Shown piece by piece: positions 26,860 to 40,865 of a stretch of 64,000 nucleotides of DNA (its first letter is position 1; each line of letters begins with the position of its first letter). The DNA comes from Octopus vulgaris. Its lineage: Eukaryota. The translations under genes and the position numbers were made by a program. Under the pieces are notes generated by a model. The model did not search any database, was not told the origin of the DNA, and saw only the letters and a list, made by a program, of their open reading frames with translations. The DNA is taken from positions 42,966,001 through 43,030,000 of the forward strand of contig OX597822.1 of assembly GCA_951406725.2 (NCBI GenBank). The letters run 5' to 3'.

Positions 26860-27410
26860 TAAGTTGAGGAGCAGCGGCACTGTTGAAAAAGGATGTACAC
26901 AAGGGAATTACATTGACAACATTCGGCCCATAACTCTACTGAATGCAGGTTTTCAAAATTTTGGCTGAAGTGTTAGAAAAGAGGTTGGCGTTGAATGTCG
27001 ATGTGACGCGCAGACACGCGTCCTCTCAAACAAATTTATCCACGACAACCTCAGCCTCATGAGATACATCACAGAAATGGTTAAGGAACATGAAACGGGT
27101 GGGGGCCTTGGTTAGTTTAGATCATTCGAAAGCTTTCAATAGGATCCGCCACCATTATTTGGAGACTGTCCTGAAGGCAGCTGGTTTCGGTCCCTGTTCC
27201 GTGGCTGGCTCCCGTGCAGTGTACAATGACATTTGGTTAATGGTTAGAGTGAATGATTACCTATGGGAACTTTTAATCTTTATGCACTTGGTCTTTTAAG
27301 ATTGGTCTCTGTTTTTTTACGTATGTACTGACTCTGGGGTTACCGCTGTGGAAACTGGAAACGTTGAGGTGGGGAAGGGGCATCCAACGCGAACTAGGAT
27401 TTAGAAGAAT
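26860..27410 (+). mobile_element. Tx1/L1-like RT N-terminal fragment
   Basis: DNIRPITLLNA, IHDNLSLMR and ALVSLDHSKAFNRIRHHYLETVLKAAGFG (RT domains 1-3), frameshifted. Confidence 0.75.
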
Positions 27411-28004
27411 TATGTCAGAACGGACGGAACGGTTAAATTAATCAGTGTTTGGATTGGTCGGTCCAGATCTACAAGCAGAAATAAAACTGGGACGAAGTAA
27501 CGAGCAGGGAGGGCTGTACACCCTGAAATGGGGCGAGAGAAAGTTACCCCAAAAAGGGCAATAAGCGAAGTGCTGCTTTCTTTGAAAATTAGTTGAAAGC
27601 TGAAAAAGGAGTGGCAAAGATGATCCGAGGGAATGGTCTTGTTCTGAGCACGAACCCGTAGATTGAACCAGAAGAAAGGAGAGCGGGATCTTAACCAAGT
27701 GGTCAGAATGACCGTAATTTAGCGGGGTTTTCGCGAGTAGTCATCGGAAGTTACCCTCTTTTAGAGAATTATTCATCGTTATAAAATTTCGCTGCTGTTA
27801 TTTTTCTGTTTACACGCTATTTTATGAAATCCCACGTTCTCGATTATTTTGCAAACACTCAGTGGTTATTAAAGAAAACATTTAGCTTTCGGCCATCTCT
27901 AAATTGGTCTATTGTCTTAACAAACCATTCGGAACGAGACGCCGTCGGAATTCCAATTACGAGTCCGCTGAAAGGTTGACGTCTCTAATGAACATAGACT
28001 ATCA

Positions 28005-29060
<1,056 letters not shown>

Positions 29061-29185
29061 AATAATTACTATGAAGCACTGTATAGAATATATTGTATAA
29101 AGGATTGTGGGTAAGGCCAGAACAATGCGAAGTTAATGCAAGGCAAATCACAAGAAAACAAATATATGAATCAATGTAGACTTAC

Positions 29186-29280
29186 CTTGTAGTCAATATT
29201 TTGGGGTTATGACCCCATTTTCAAGAAATTAACGAATGTTGCCGATGTGCTTGTGTGTGAGCGTTGTGAAGTGGATATGC
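29186..29280 (-). other. Candidate non-coding first exon (5' boundary approximate)
   Basis: Perfect donor CAAG|GTAAGT at 29186/29185, about 100 nt downstream of the X-box in unique sequence. Confidence 0.45.
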
Positions 29281-29290
29281 ACGGAAATGT

Positions 29291-29304
29291 GTTGCTATAG
29301 CAAC
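29291..29304. promoter_or_regulatory. RFX X-box (perfect palindrome GTTGCTATAGCAAC)
   Basis: Matches the GTTGCYATRGCAAC consensus; flanked by ETS-like CGGAAAT and CAGGAAGC. Confidence 0.6.
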
Positions 29305-29678
29305 CAGCTAGCTTCCTGTAACTCTCTCCTGTTGTTTATAATTGGTTTGTATTAGTGTATGAGGATGGCCTTAGTGATTCTAAGGTTGTCCGTTCTGCTG
29401 TGTTGCCTTGCTGTGCACTGTGAATTACCGGGTCTTGCGTTTCCAGTAAAAAAAATTGAAAATATTTTCAAATGAAAAGGTGTGTGATTTAAGGAAGATT
29501 TAGCTATTGTTTCTAGCACATTCCATCACCACCAGATACCTTTCTCAGACCTACATGTAAACCTAGATTAAAAACACAAACAAAATGTGAAAACTAATTC
29601 TTTGCTTTAGCATTAAAAGAATAAATCAAAGGCATTGAAAACATCTGTGGCTTACAGCAAACTCGTTAGCGGGAGAGA

Positions 29679-29728
<50 letters not shown>

Positions 29729-29921
29729 AGGAGAGAGAGAAACCCAAAATGAATATGCAAATACTATCACAAATTATCCGACTGTATTTAAAATCAGAAA
29801 AAAAAACATTACATCGGACCTTGCGAGTCTACAAAACAATATTCATTGCACAATATAATTTCTATTGGCTAACTTTGACCAATATTTCGCAAAGGAAAAC
29901 GATATTTACATGTACAAGGAT

Positions 29922-30152
29922 ATATTTCTTTACTACCCACAAGGGGCTAAACACAGAGAGGACAAACAAGGACAGACAAACGGATTAAGTCGATTATATC
30001 GACCCAGTGCGTAACTGGTACTTATTTAATCGACCCCGAAAGGATGAAAGGCAAAGTCGACCTCGGCGGAATTTGAACTCAGAACGTAGCGGCCGACGAA
30101 ATACCGCTAAGCATTTCGCCCGGCGTGCTAACGATTCTGCCAGCTCGCCGCC
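29922..30152 (-). mobile_element. SINE family B monomer with X-type tail
   Basis: Complete head, core and X tail followed by unrelated flank. Confidence 0.85.
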
Positions 30153-31107
30153 TTTACAAGTGCAAGTATATCTGCTCGGTTGGCCCAGCGGACTCCGCAC
30201 ATTGTTAAAACAGCGAGAGGAAATAAACAACATTCCCAATACGACGAGTCCATGCTGATTTTGGGCTCTAGAAAACTTATGCTCCCCAATTTAATGCTAG
30301 AAATATACTTACTTAGCTATTAGTTCATCCATTTCTTGAAATTTTCGCTCAAACTCGATATTTGAAGCCTTAGATTCGTGTTCTGTTTGACTTCCGTATA
30401 CCACCCTCTTTATTTACTTTGCGCCTTTTCGTTATGTCATCGCCAGATTCGTTAATGGCCACATTGAATTCATGAGAAAGTTTTCTTTCTTATGATATAA
30501 AAAAAAAATCTTGAAGAAAATATGTTCTTTTTTAAGTGAAAATTAACGATCAAATTTTCACTTGTATATTTCATAACGATTATCTGACCTACTCCCATCG
30601 ATTTTTATATCAAAATAAAACAAAAACAGTCCTTTTCAACTGTATGATTTTCAACACAAATCATGTTATAGTGCTCCAATGCATTAAACTAGAACGAAGG
30701 CCACCGTTCAGGAGTTTAAAAAAACAAGACAAAAGCAAAACATGCAACAAAAAACAACCCTCATCCCAAACTGGTGAACTTTGTGAATGTGTAGAAATAC
30801 GAGGGTGGCTGAAGGATCCTTGTATGATATGTAAGTGTTGGGGTTTGATCAAAACTACATGAGAATGAGGGTTATATCTAGAACTTTCATATGATATATA
30901 ATTTTCTACAGAAAGAAAATAAATTTTGACATGAAAAGGATCAAGAAAAAGATCTGCTTTTGCGAGGTCAAACTGTGCTCGTCTTCCTTCTACGGCACTC
31001 TACAGTGATACCTAATAAAAGGACCTTAATTCTAGGCTAGAAACTGGCTCCTACTCCAGTGATAAGGAATTAGAAAAAGGAAATAACTTTTTTATAAATC
31101 CTTTAGA

Positions 31108-31180
31108 TTAACTCTGATGAGAGAAATATAGATGATTGTTATGGTTGGAATTAACTCGCCCCGAAACGGCCGTCAGATGT
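31108..31180 (+). ncRNA. Degenerate minimal type-I hammerhead motif (Penelope-like)
   Basis: CTGATGA (31114-31120)...CGAAAC GGCC GTC; palindromic stem III loop; stems I and II weak. Confidence 0.4.
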
Positions 31181-31194
31181 TGGAATAACGGGGG

Positions 31195-31527
31195 CACAGA
31201 AATGTCATGATGTAAAGTGTAAAGCGGGAAGCAGATAAGGTTTATCCGTGGAAAGAAAGCCTACGGAAAAGACCACGGTAACATCGGTCAATAATGTCAC
31301 ATGTTAACACATTTGTTTGCAAGTAAGTAACCCTCTGTTTTAAATTTTTCCGGGTTCATAGGATTATGCTCAAGGTTGCTTCGTCATTCATACGTGCCAT
31401 CCTTGCTACATTCACCCATCTTTTTTTGAAGCATTCGCTAGACAAAACTTGCCTCTCTACTCTCACTTTCCTTTTCAAGTGATACTTGAAGAAGTTGATG
31501 AGAGATTGACCAGAGAGGAAAGTGTTT
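31195..31527 (-). mobile_element. Tx1-like LINE ORF2 C-terminus and partial 3'UTR
   Basis: NTFLSGQSLINFFKYHLKRKVRVERQVLSSECFKKRWVNVARMARMNDEATLSIIL*, homologous to 25430-25570. Confidence 0.7.
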
Positions 31528-31536
31528 GGATGGATG

Positions 31537-31585
<49 letters not shown>

Positions 31586-32034
31586 GTAGATGGGTAGATA
31601 GATAATAGAGAGATAGATTGATAGATAGCGTTTTCGAATCAAACAGTTAGCGGACTTATCACGAATGCAGTCTATAGGCGGAACAGTAAAAATATGCGAG
31701 ACTTAAATTCAAAGCATTACATTGATTTGTTATCTACATTCTAACGCCGGAGTTTTGTACAGTAATACCTCACTTTATTTGGTTCCGCTTTACGAGACCC
31801 CAGGCTAACGAGTTTTATTTTTTTAAGCACAAGATCCAAATTTTGAACGAAGTGCATAAATTTCTACTACCATAACAAATGCTCCTGCTTGTTACCAAGA
31901 AATTCATAGAGAGCGAAAAATAGCTTTCTCTAAGCAAACAACTCTAGACTTGTTTTTTAAAAAGAAATCTACAAGTCTGTCTACGTGTGCTTGTGAATGT
32001 GCTGTGTACACAATACCCAGACACACACATATTA

Positions 32035-32465
32035 TTTTATTCTGTATTTGTTTCAGTCATTTGACTGCGGCAGTGCTGGAGCACAGCATTTAGTAGAACA
32101 AATCGACCCCAGGACTTATTCTTTGTAAGCCTAGTACTTATTCTATCGGAGTCTTTTGCCGAAACACTAATTTACGGGGATGTGAACACACCAACATCGG
32201 TTGTCAAGCGATGGTGTGTGTGTGCGTGTGTGTGGCACAAACACAGGCGCACAAACACACACACACACACGCGCGCATGCACACACACACAAACATATAT
32301 ATACGACGGCCTTCTTTCAGTTTCCGTCTACCAGATCCCCTCACAAGGCTTTGGTCGGCCCGAGGCTATAGTAAAAGACACTTGCTCAAGGTGCCACGCA
32401 GTGGGACTGAACCCGAAACCATGTGGTTGGCAAGCAAGCTACTTACCCCACAGCTACACCTGCAC
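32035..32465 (-). mobile_element. SINE family A, full-length
   Basis: Alignment with other family A copies. Confidence 0.88.
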
Positions 32466-32499
32466 CAACGAAACTTATATAGTATTTTTATATACAGGG

Positions 32500-32945
32500 C
32501 TAATTTAGCTGTTTTCTGTAGATTGAAACAAAAAAATAATAAACAGCCTTATTTGATTGTCGAATCCTATTGTGTTCTCATCAGAGGTGTCTACATCAAT
32601 TTGACCAATCCCAGAAAGACAAGCAATCAATCTGTCTATATACTCAATAATTACAATAGCTACTTGAGCTACTAATTTGTGTACTAATTTGTGTACACTT
32701 ATTTCTAAATATCAGGTCTGTCAACGGAGATCTCAGTTCACAGAGTAGGACGTAATGATATATGTAACTTTTAAGGTAGATAATTTAGCTGTTTATATAT
32801 TGAAATAAGAAAACCCCACAAAACAATGAAGAACCTTAATCGATTTTCGAATCTTATCGGGGTTTCATCAGAAGGTCTACATCAATTTGACCAACCCAAG
32901 AAAAACAAGAGGCCATTCTGGTTATATACTTAACAGTAGCTACAG
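32500..32945 (-). repeat. Diverged ~287-bp tandem repeat, each unit with a hammerhead motif (retrozyme-like)
   Basis: Shared blocks TAATTTAGCTGTTT and GTCTACATCAATTTGACCAA; CTGATGA cores at 32584-32578 and 32871-32865. Confidence 0.6.
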
Positions 32946-33465
32946 AAAACTGGAGCTACAGAGACTAGATGTTGGCAGATAAGCCAACCAAGTTCAATTT
33001 TCGTTTATCTAAGCGAGATTTTTTAGTTTCTAGGAGTGCATAATGACCCAACCTTAACAGGTAGTTGGTGCGATATGTTTATGGTTCTGAGAGTCAAACA
33101 AACGGTAAGAATTGACCTAGAATGGATTCTGTACATTCTGTCCTTTTTGATGTTGAGGTGAATATAACTACAAAGAAATATAAGATGAAATAATCGAAGA
33201 GATCAATGTTTGGGTTTATATACATAAAACTGACACACTCTTGAGTTTGCTCGAAAACATACGCACACAAACACAAGCTTACTCACACGCACACACACAC
33301 ACACATGCGTGAGCATAAACGCAGACATAGAGACATAAATACACACAGAAAATAAAAGTCTGTGTTTGTGTGTGTATTTACGTGTGTGTATGTGTGCACA
33401 AATGTGTATGCGTGTGAATGTGTGTGTGCGAGGACACATACATACACGCATACGCATGCACCCAT

Positions 33466-33502
<37 letters not shown>

Positions 33503-33589
33503 AATAGCTTGCCGCACGCACATACATACACACAGATACTTACGCATATGAACAAACAACCACAACACAAACATACACAAACACACAAC

Positions 33590-34096
33590 CATCATCATCA
33601 TCACTATCATCATGATGACCACAAGTGACGCCACTACAATAACTACCACCGCCAGTCCCACCACGACCATCACTGTCAATACTACCACCACCCAACAACA
33701 ACAACAACACCGCTAGCAGCACCCCAACCGGTACTGCCATCACTACTACTGGCGCCGCCACCATTACCACCACCACCACCACCATTAACGCCCCCCCCAC
33801 ACCACCATGACTAGACCGTCACGACAACCACTGCTAACGTCACTACTACCATCACCATCACATCATCACTAGCGCTCCCACGACCACCACTAGCTCCACC
33901 ACAACCCACCGCCACGAACATCACGATGACGACGGCCACCCCCACCCCCATCACCACCATCACGTCTTCCAGCAACACCACCACCACTTCCACAATGACG
34001 ACCACGACAACGACGACGACCACCACCACCACCACCAAAAACATCATCACTGCCACTGCTACTATCATCACCACCACCACCACCACCACCACCACC

Positions 34097-34161
<65 letters not shown>

Positions 34162-34230
34162 CTTTACCACCGCCAGTGCTACCACCACCACCACCACCAC
34201 TACGGCTTCCAGCAGCACCACCAGTACTTC
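33590..34230. repeat. Degenerate (CAC/CAA/CAT)n trinucleotide block
   Basis: Read directly from the sequence. Confidence 0.85.
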
Positions 34231-34377
34231 CAGCAGCAGAAACCCCCCATGCTTGCCCTGCCCCGCCCTCCGTTATTTCCAACATCCACCCCCCGTCAAC
34301 TCCGAAGCACAACATCAACAGTCAGGAAGCAAATGATACATAAAATATGAAACAGAATAGAGAAGCTGGCGATCGTG

Positions 34378-34650
34378 TGACCAAGGTTGGGTTGAAGTTT
34401 ATTGAATATAAACAGCGAACATGAAAAATAAAATGGACGACATCAAACAAATTGAATCGATGATGTTGTAGGCCGAATAAGATATCTTCGGTTCAGTTTA
34501 TATTTCGTCAAAATATCGATGACTCTATTTTTATTTGAAGAAAAGAGAGGAAAAATAATATTTGTATTACTTTTTCATTTTAAGGAACTTATTTATTCTT
34601 GTGAATTCAACAGCTGTTATCGGTTCGCAGATTACATCACTGGTATTGTA
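34378..34650 (+). repeat. ~270-bp segment duplicated at 38060-38730
   Basis: Shared TTGAATATAA(A)CAGCGAACATGAAAAATA and GTGAATTCAACAGCTGTT. Confidence 0.75.
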
Positions 34651-35199
34651 AAACTGGTTAACATATACATACTTGCACATATACGCACACACACATTCAC
34701 ACACTCACATAAACATACATACACACATTCATGTATGTATGTGTGTATATATATATATGTATATGCATATGTTTATATTTACACACACACATATGTATGT
34801 ATGTGTGTATATATGTATGTATATGCATGTATACACACACACACACAAACATACATACACGCACCCATGTATATATGTATGTATGTGCGTATATATATGT
34901 ATATGCATATGTATATATATATATATATACACACACGGACATACAAACATACATGTATGTATGTATTGTGTGTATATATATATATGTATATGCATGTATA
35001 TACACAGACACATATATGTATGTATGTATGTATAAATCTATGTGCATATGTACGTAAATAACACAATAGCCCGTTTTGAATAAATCTTAAATTTGTACAA
35101 AATGGAGGGAGATCTATTCGAAAGTGCTCAACGAAATATTATACAAAAACCAAGGGATATATGCGCTATAACTATCGTTTATGATACAGAACTGAATTA

Positions 35200-36471
35200 T
35201 TGGGTTGTCCGGAAGGTTCGTGCCAATTTATAGTAGCTTACCTTTCGACTTATTTTAGAACATAATTGAGTCCATAAAATAGGATTTGATTACACCTCCA
35301 TTTAGAGCACAGTTTAAGCTATCTTTTCGTGGAAGAAGGTTTATGTTCCTATAACCTGTGTTAATTCTGTGACTATTTAAAATGGAAGATAAGAAAGTTC
35401 ATTTTCGGCACTTGATGCTTTTCTTTTTCCGTAAAGGGGAAATGCCTCGCAAGCAACCAAAGAAATATGCGCAGTTTACGGTGATGGTTCTTTATCCGAA
35501 AGAACTGTACGGAAGTGGTTCGCAAGGCTCCCAGCTGTAGCCTTATTGATAAAGAACGATCAGACAGACCATCCACTACATATGATGACCAAATCAAGTC
35601 ATTATTTGAGAATAATCCACATTGCACAACCCGAAAATTGGCAGAAAGCCTCAACCTATCAAAATCTATCTTCGTGAGCACCTGGTAAAGCTTGGGTACA
35701 CAAATCGCTACAATGTTTGGGTACCACATGAGCTGAGTGAGAAGAACCTTTTGGATTGCATTTCCATCTGTGATTCGCTTTATAAACGGAATGAAAACGC
35801 GCCTTTTTTGAAGCAGATTGTGACAGGCGATGAGAAATGGATTGTCTACCGAAATGTTCATAGAAAGCGATCCTGGAGTAAGCGATATGAGCCACCCTTA
35901 GCTAACCCCAAAGCGGGTCTTCACCATAAAAAAGTCTTGCTTTGTCTGGTGGGATTGGAAAGGAATTCTGTACTATGAGCTTCTCCCAAGTAACCAGACA
36001 ATTAATTCAAGAAATAGTGCACACAACTGGACGAGTTAAAAGCAGCAATTCAAGAGAAACATCTAGAATTAACCAACAGGAAGGGTGTTGTTTTCCAACA
36101 TGATAATGCCAGACCGCACGTTTCTTTGGGAACCAGACAAAAATGGTTGCAGCTCGGCTGGGATGTGTTACTCCACCCGCCATATTCACCAGATATTGCT
36201 CCTTCGGATTTCCACTCATTGAGGTCTCTGCAGAATAGTCTTAATGGTAAAAATTTCAATTCCTTGGATAACGTAAAAAGATACCTTGATGAATTCTTTG
36301 CCATGAAACCACCTCAATTCTGGGAAGAGAGTATTTTCAAGTTAAAGGCAAGATGGAGACGCATTGTGCAACAAAATGGTTCATATTTGGTTGATTAAAA
36401 ATGAAATGGCAAGTATTTATTGACCTTTTTCTTTCCTTTAAAAATCGGCACGAACTTTCCGGGCAGCCCAA
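35200..36471 (+). mobile_element. Full-length mariner (DD34D) DNA transposon; transposase frameshifted (ATG 35382, stop 36398)
   Basis: TIR TTGGGTTGTCCGGAA.. and TA TSDs; WVPHEL, TGDEKW, HDNARPH and YSPDIAPSD motifs. Confidence 0.95.
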
Positions 36472-36509
36472 TAGAATTGTAAAACAAGAGTTACAATAAA
36501 ACCGATATA

Positions 36510-36730
36510 AAGGCGACGAGCTGGCGGAATCGTTAACACGCCGGACAAAATGCTTAGCGGCATTTTCTCTGTCTTTACGTTCTGAGTTAAAATTCCGCCG
36601 AGGTTGATTTTGTCTTTCATCCTTTGGGAGTCGTTAAAATAAGGGCTAGTTGAACACTGGGGTCGTTGTAATCGACTTCACTCTCCCCACGAAATAATTG
36701 CTGGCCTCGTGCGGAAGTCTGAAATCATTA
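36510..36730 (+). mobile_element. SINE family B monomer
   Basis: Head and core match the family. Confidence 0.8.
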
Positions 36731-36828
36731 TAAAACAGATATAGCAAATGCCTTATGATTCCATGTTCTTGGATGGTTTCTAATTTCGTGCCATCAACCA
36801 AGGGATAAAGCCAGAGCTAGCAAGCACA

Positions 36829-36900
<72 letters not shown>

Positions 36901-36902
<2 letters not shown>

Positions 36903-37783
36903 GGGTGCGGTGAATAAACTGTTGTCTAAATTACGCAAAAATAAAAATAACCCTGACATCTCATTTTAAAGGATATATTTATCAAAATTACATACAAATA
37001 TCTTGAAATACTAAAGAGTAAATTTATTCAATTAAATCGCCATTGGTTTCAACCATGGCCTCCACACCACTTCGGAATATTTTGCAACTCCTCGGGACGG
37101 TCTCCTTGTTTAATTTGGTGAATTCTGCCATAATCCTTTCCTTCCGTTCATCTTTGGTGTTACAAGGAATTTTGTTGGTCTCTTGCTCAATTGTGTCCCA
37201 CACATAATAATCAAGGGGGTTGCAGCCTGGGGAATTAGATGGCCAGATGTCAGGGGTGATGTGGTCGCAGAAATTGTCTGACAGCCATGACTGGATTCTC
37301 CTGTTTGTGTGGCATGGTGCAGAGTTTTTTGCCAGACATAGGTACTTCCAAGCCACCTTCTTGATCCAGGACAGCACTACCTCCTCCAGGCACTCGATGT
37401 AGGCTTCCGTGTTGAGTCTGAAGCCGTGTGGGAAGTTGAATGGAGCCATAACGTCGCCGTCACTAATGATCACTCCAGACATCATGATGTTCACTGGATG
37501 TTTGATTTTTATCACTCTCGGTATATGTCCTCAGATTGCACTGTCGTCAGATTGACACCCAAACACTCTGAAATGTTTGTATTGGAGCTTCCGACGCGAA
37601 TGCCAAGCAGTACAGCATGTCGTTTCCAAATTTCTGGCAGAGGGAATTGCATCATGGTGCTGTTTTTCTTACAGACGGTGCCCAACTGACTCTACTATAC
37701 TGTGTAAACAAAATTAAAACCAAATAATGCGCTTGCGCAAAATTAAAAATATTAAATGTCGACACTTTATCCATCGCACTCTA
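36901..37783 (-). mobile_element. Internally deleted maT/DD37D-type Tc1-mariner element
   Basis: ORF 37515-37024 with WPSNSPGCNPLDYYVW; imperfect TIRs CAGGGTGCGGTGAATAAA / TAGAGTGCGATGGATAAA; TA flanks. Confidence 0.8.
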
Positions 37784-37961
37784 TATTTTTATGACGGGAT
37801 TTTTTCAGTTTCCACCAACCAAATCCGCTCACAAGGCTTTGGTCTGCCCGACGAAATGGTAGAAAACATTAGCCTACGGGGCCGGGGCCACTGAACCCGA
37901 ATCCATGTGTTTGGGAATCAAGCCTTTCACCATGCAGACACGCCTGCACTTGATAATGATT

Positions 37962-38025
<64 letters not shown>

Positions 38026-38290
38026 TGTTTATGGAATATAATCGAAGAGCTTAGGTCATTTGACCAACGTTGGGTCGACGTTTCTTGAATATAACAGCGA
38101 ACATGAAAAATATAGCTGTTAACATAAGACAGTAGGACCTACCCACCTTACGTCACAGGCGAGATAGATCTCTTAAATTTAGTTTATATTCCATGCAAAT
38201 ATTGATAAATCTACTTTTATTTGAAAGAATTAAATAATATACAATATTTACTTGAAGAAAATGTTTATCTTCGTGAATTCAACAGCTGTT

Positions 38291-38676
38291 AAGGCGGCGA
38301 GCTGGCAGAAACGTTAGCACGCCGGGAGAAATGCTTAGCAGTATTTCGTCTGCCGCTACGTTCTGAGTTCAAATTCCGCCGAGGTCGACTTTGCCTTTCA
38401 TCCTTTCGGGGTCGATATATTAAGTACCAGTTAAGCACTGGGGTCGATGTAATCGACTAAATACCTAGCTCTGTCCTTGTTTGTCCCCTCTATGTTTAGC
38501 CCCTTGTGGGTAATAAAGAAATAGGTATTTATATTCTGAGTTCAAATTCCGCCGAGGTCGGGTTTGCCTTTCATCCTTTCGGGGTCAATAAATTAAGTAC
38601 TAGTTGCGCACTGGGGTCGATCTAATCGACTGGCCCCCACCCCCAAAATTTTGGGCCTTGTGCCTAGAGTAGAAAA
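38291..38676 (+). mobile_element. SINE family B X+Y dimer with a perfect 16-bp TSD
   Basis: GAATTCAACAGCTGTT at 38275-38290 and 38677-38692; empty paralogous site at 34603-34618. Confidence 0.92.
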
Positions 38677-38938
38677 GAATTCAACAGCTGTTGTCGATTC
38701 ACAGTTAAATTTTATCACTAGTATTATACGTCCGTAAGATTTTGTTCCGGCTTCTTATGTTTAAGTTCTGTGTTCAAACCCCGCTGAGGTTAATACTGGC
38801 TCTCATCCTTCCAAGATCAATAAAATAAATTGTTAGTCAAGTACTGAATCCAATATAGTCGGTCTCTCCTCAATATTACTGGCTAGTTTCTCTCCTTTCC
38901 AAATTGCTGGCATAATTAGAGACATTGTCATTATTATT

Positions 38939-39229
38939 AAGGTGGTGAAGCCAGTCTACTGGCAGCATCGTTAGCAAGCTGGACAAAATGCTTAGCGGAA
39001 TTTCGTCCGTCTTTACGATGTGAGTTCAAATTCCGCTGATGTTGACTTTGCCTTTCATCTTTTTTGAGGGAGGGGTTCAATAAAATAAATATCAGTTACG
39101 CACTGGGGTAGATCTAATCGACCAGTCCCCTCCCCCCAAACTTCAGGCATTGTGCCTTAAGGCGGCGAGCTGGCAGAATCGTTAGCTAGTTGGGCAAACT
39201 GCTTAGCGGCATTTCGCCCGTCTTTACGT
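38939..39229 (+). mobile_element. SINE family B copy followed by a lone family B head (39159-39229)
   Basis: Alignment with family B. Confidence 0.75.
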
Positions 39230-39590
39230 ACTCCATTTGTTGTTGTCAACACTCGCTGAATGGAGGACTGTGCATTCCGTGGCTGATGATGCGCACACAT
39301 GCACTGAGACACCTCCAGCGTTTCCTTGACGGTAAGCAGGTGTCGCCGTTTGTCAGATCCGCTTCTTCTGCCTCTCGTCTCTTTTGATTGAGCTGTAGAC
39401 CTGGATCAAGCGAAGACTGAGGCAGGGCGCCTGGCACCTACAATGGTGTCATGCACTCAGTCCTCTACCAGTCGGACAATGCATTTAGTGGCAGTTCCAG
39501 TTTGGCGTTCAGTAGAGGTTTAGTGGCGAGCAAGGGCGACGACGTTCTCGGGGGAACTCTGGGTATCAACGAGAATCAAGTTTTAGGCTG
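39230..39590 (+). mobile_element. 5'-truncated Tx1-like ORF2 fragment (post-RT region)
   Basis: SICCCQHSLNGGLCIPWLMMRTHALRHL resembles the GGLG-type post-RT motif of Tx1/L1 ORF2. Confidence 0.6.
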
Positions 39591-40865
39591 GGGTCCATGT
39601 ATAATATGTTTCTGGTATTTAGCTTTGAAGCCAATATTTTTCTCACTCGCCGCTGGTACTCTCTTGTTGTCTTTTCCTTCATGTCATTGCGTTTGATTCC
39701 ATCTGTCTCAAGTATTCCCAGGTATTTATAGCTGGATTGAGGTTGAATTGCCTTCATCATTTCACCACTTGGTAACATTCTGTTCTGAAAAGCTTTCCTC
39801 GTCTCATCACTATCGTAGCGCATTTTTAGAGTCCAAACTCCATCTTAATATCATTGGAGAAAATCCGCACAGACTGGACTATGATATCCAGTTCTGCGTC
39901 AGTTTTTGTGGATAGCTTCAGGTCGTCCATGAATAGCAAGTGGTTCAGTTTTCCCTTACCGCTTCCCAGATCATACCCCAACTTGGTTTTCTGTAGTATT
40001 TCACTTAAGGAGATCATTCCCAGCACGAAAATCAGTGGGGACACTCTGCCCCCCTTGAAGGCACCTCTCTTGATATTCACCTCTCCTAATACTTGATTCC
40101 CTGCTGTCAATTCCTTTCTTCACCATTTCATATATTCTCATATTTTCTCATATTTTCTGCTACTCCATACATTTCCATTGTTTTTATTATCCAAGAGTGT
40201 GGTATAATGCCGTATGCTTTATTATAGTCAACCCATGCCGTGCTCAGGTTTATGTGTTTTCTCTTGCAGTCCCTGATAATTAGATTATCAAAAAAGTGCT
40301 GATCTTTTATTCCCCTTCACCGGCCAACGCACCTGGTATTAGTTTCCACATTAGCGGAAGGCAACTTATTTATCTAAAGTTGGATGCAACCTTTCCCTTT
40401 TCAGGATCCTTGGCACACAACAATGTCTTTCTCTTTGCCATCCAGCTTGGTACTGCACCTTTCTGGATGCATTCATCTAGCTGTTGTGCTATCCTTTCAT
40501 GAATAATTTTGGACCCCATCCGGTCCTGGCCTCTTCTAATCCGGCAATATTTTGAACTGCCTTTTTATTATTTTTGTAGTTATCGTTATGTTTTCTTAGC
40601 CTTCTATATTTCTTAACCTATCTTGGATTTCATGTAGCCATTCCGCGGAATGGCTGCATGATTATGCTCATCATTATGCTCTAAAGGTTGGTCCCAGATC
40701 CCTCTCCAGAATGCTCAGCTTTTCTCTGCATCTGGTTTCATCGTTACTTGCAATTGCCCATCTAGTTCCTGAAACAGTTTCTTCTGATTCCCTTCAAACA
40801 ATTTGTTTTGCCTGAACTGTCTTTTTCTATTGTCATATCTTTCCAGTTTTGCTTTAATGCTAACA
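39590..40865 (-). mobile_element. R4/Dong-like non-LTR retrotransposon RT fragment, decayed
   Basis: AWVDYNKAY..IPHSWI, KRGAFKGGRVSPLIF, LNHLLFMDDLKL, MEFGL and YKYLGILE. Confidence 0.85.
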
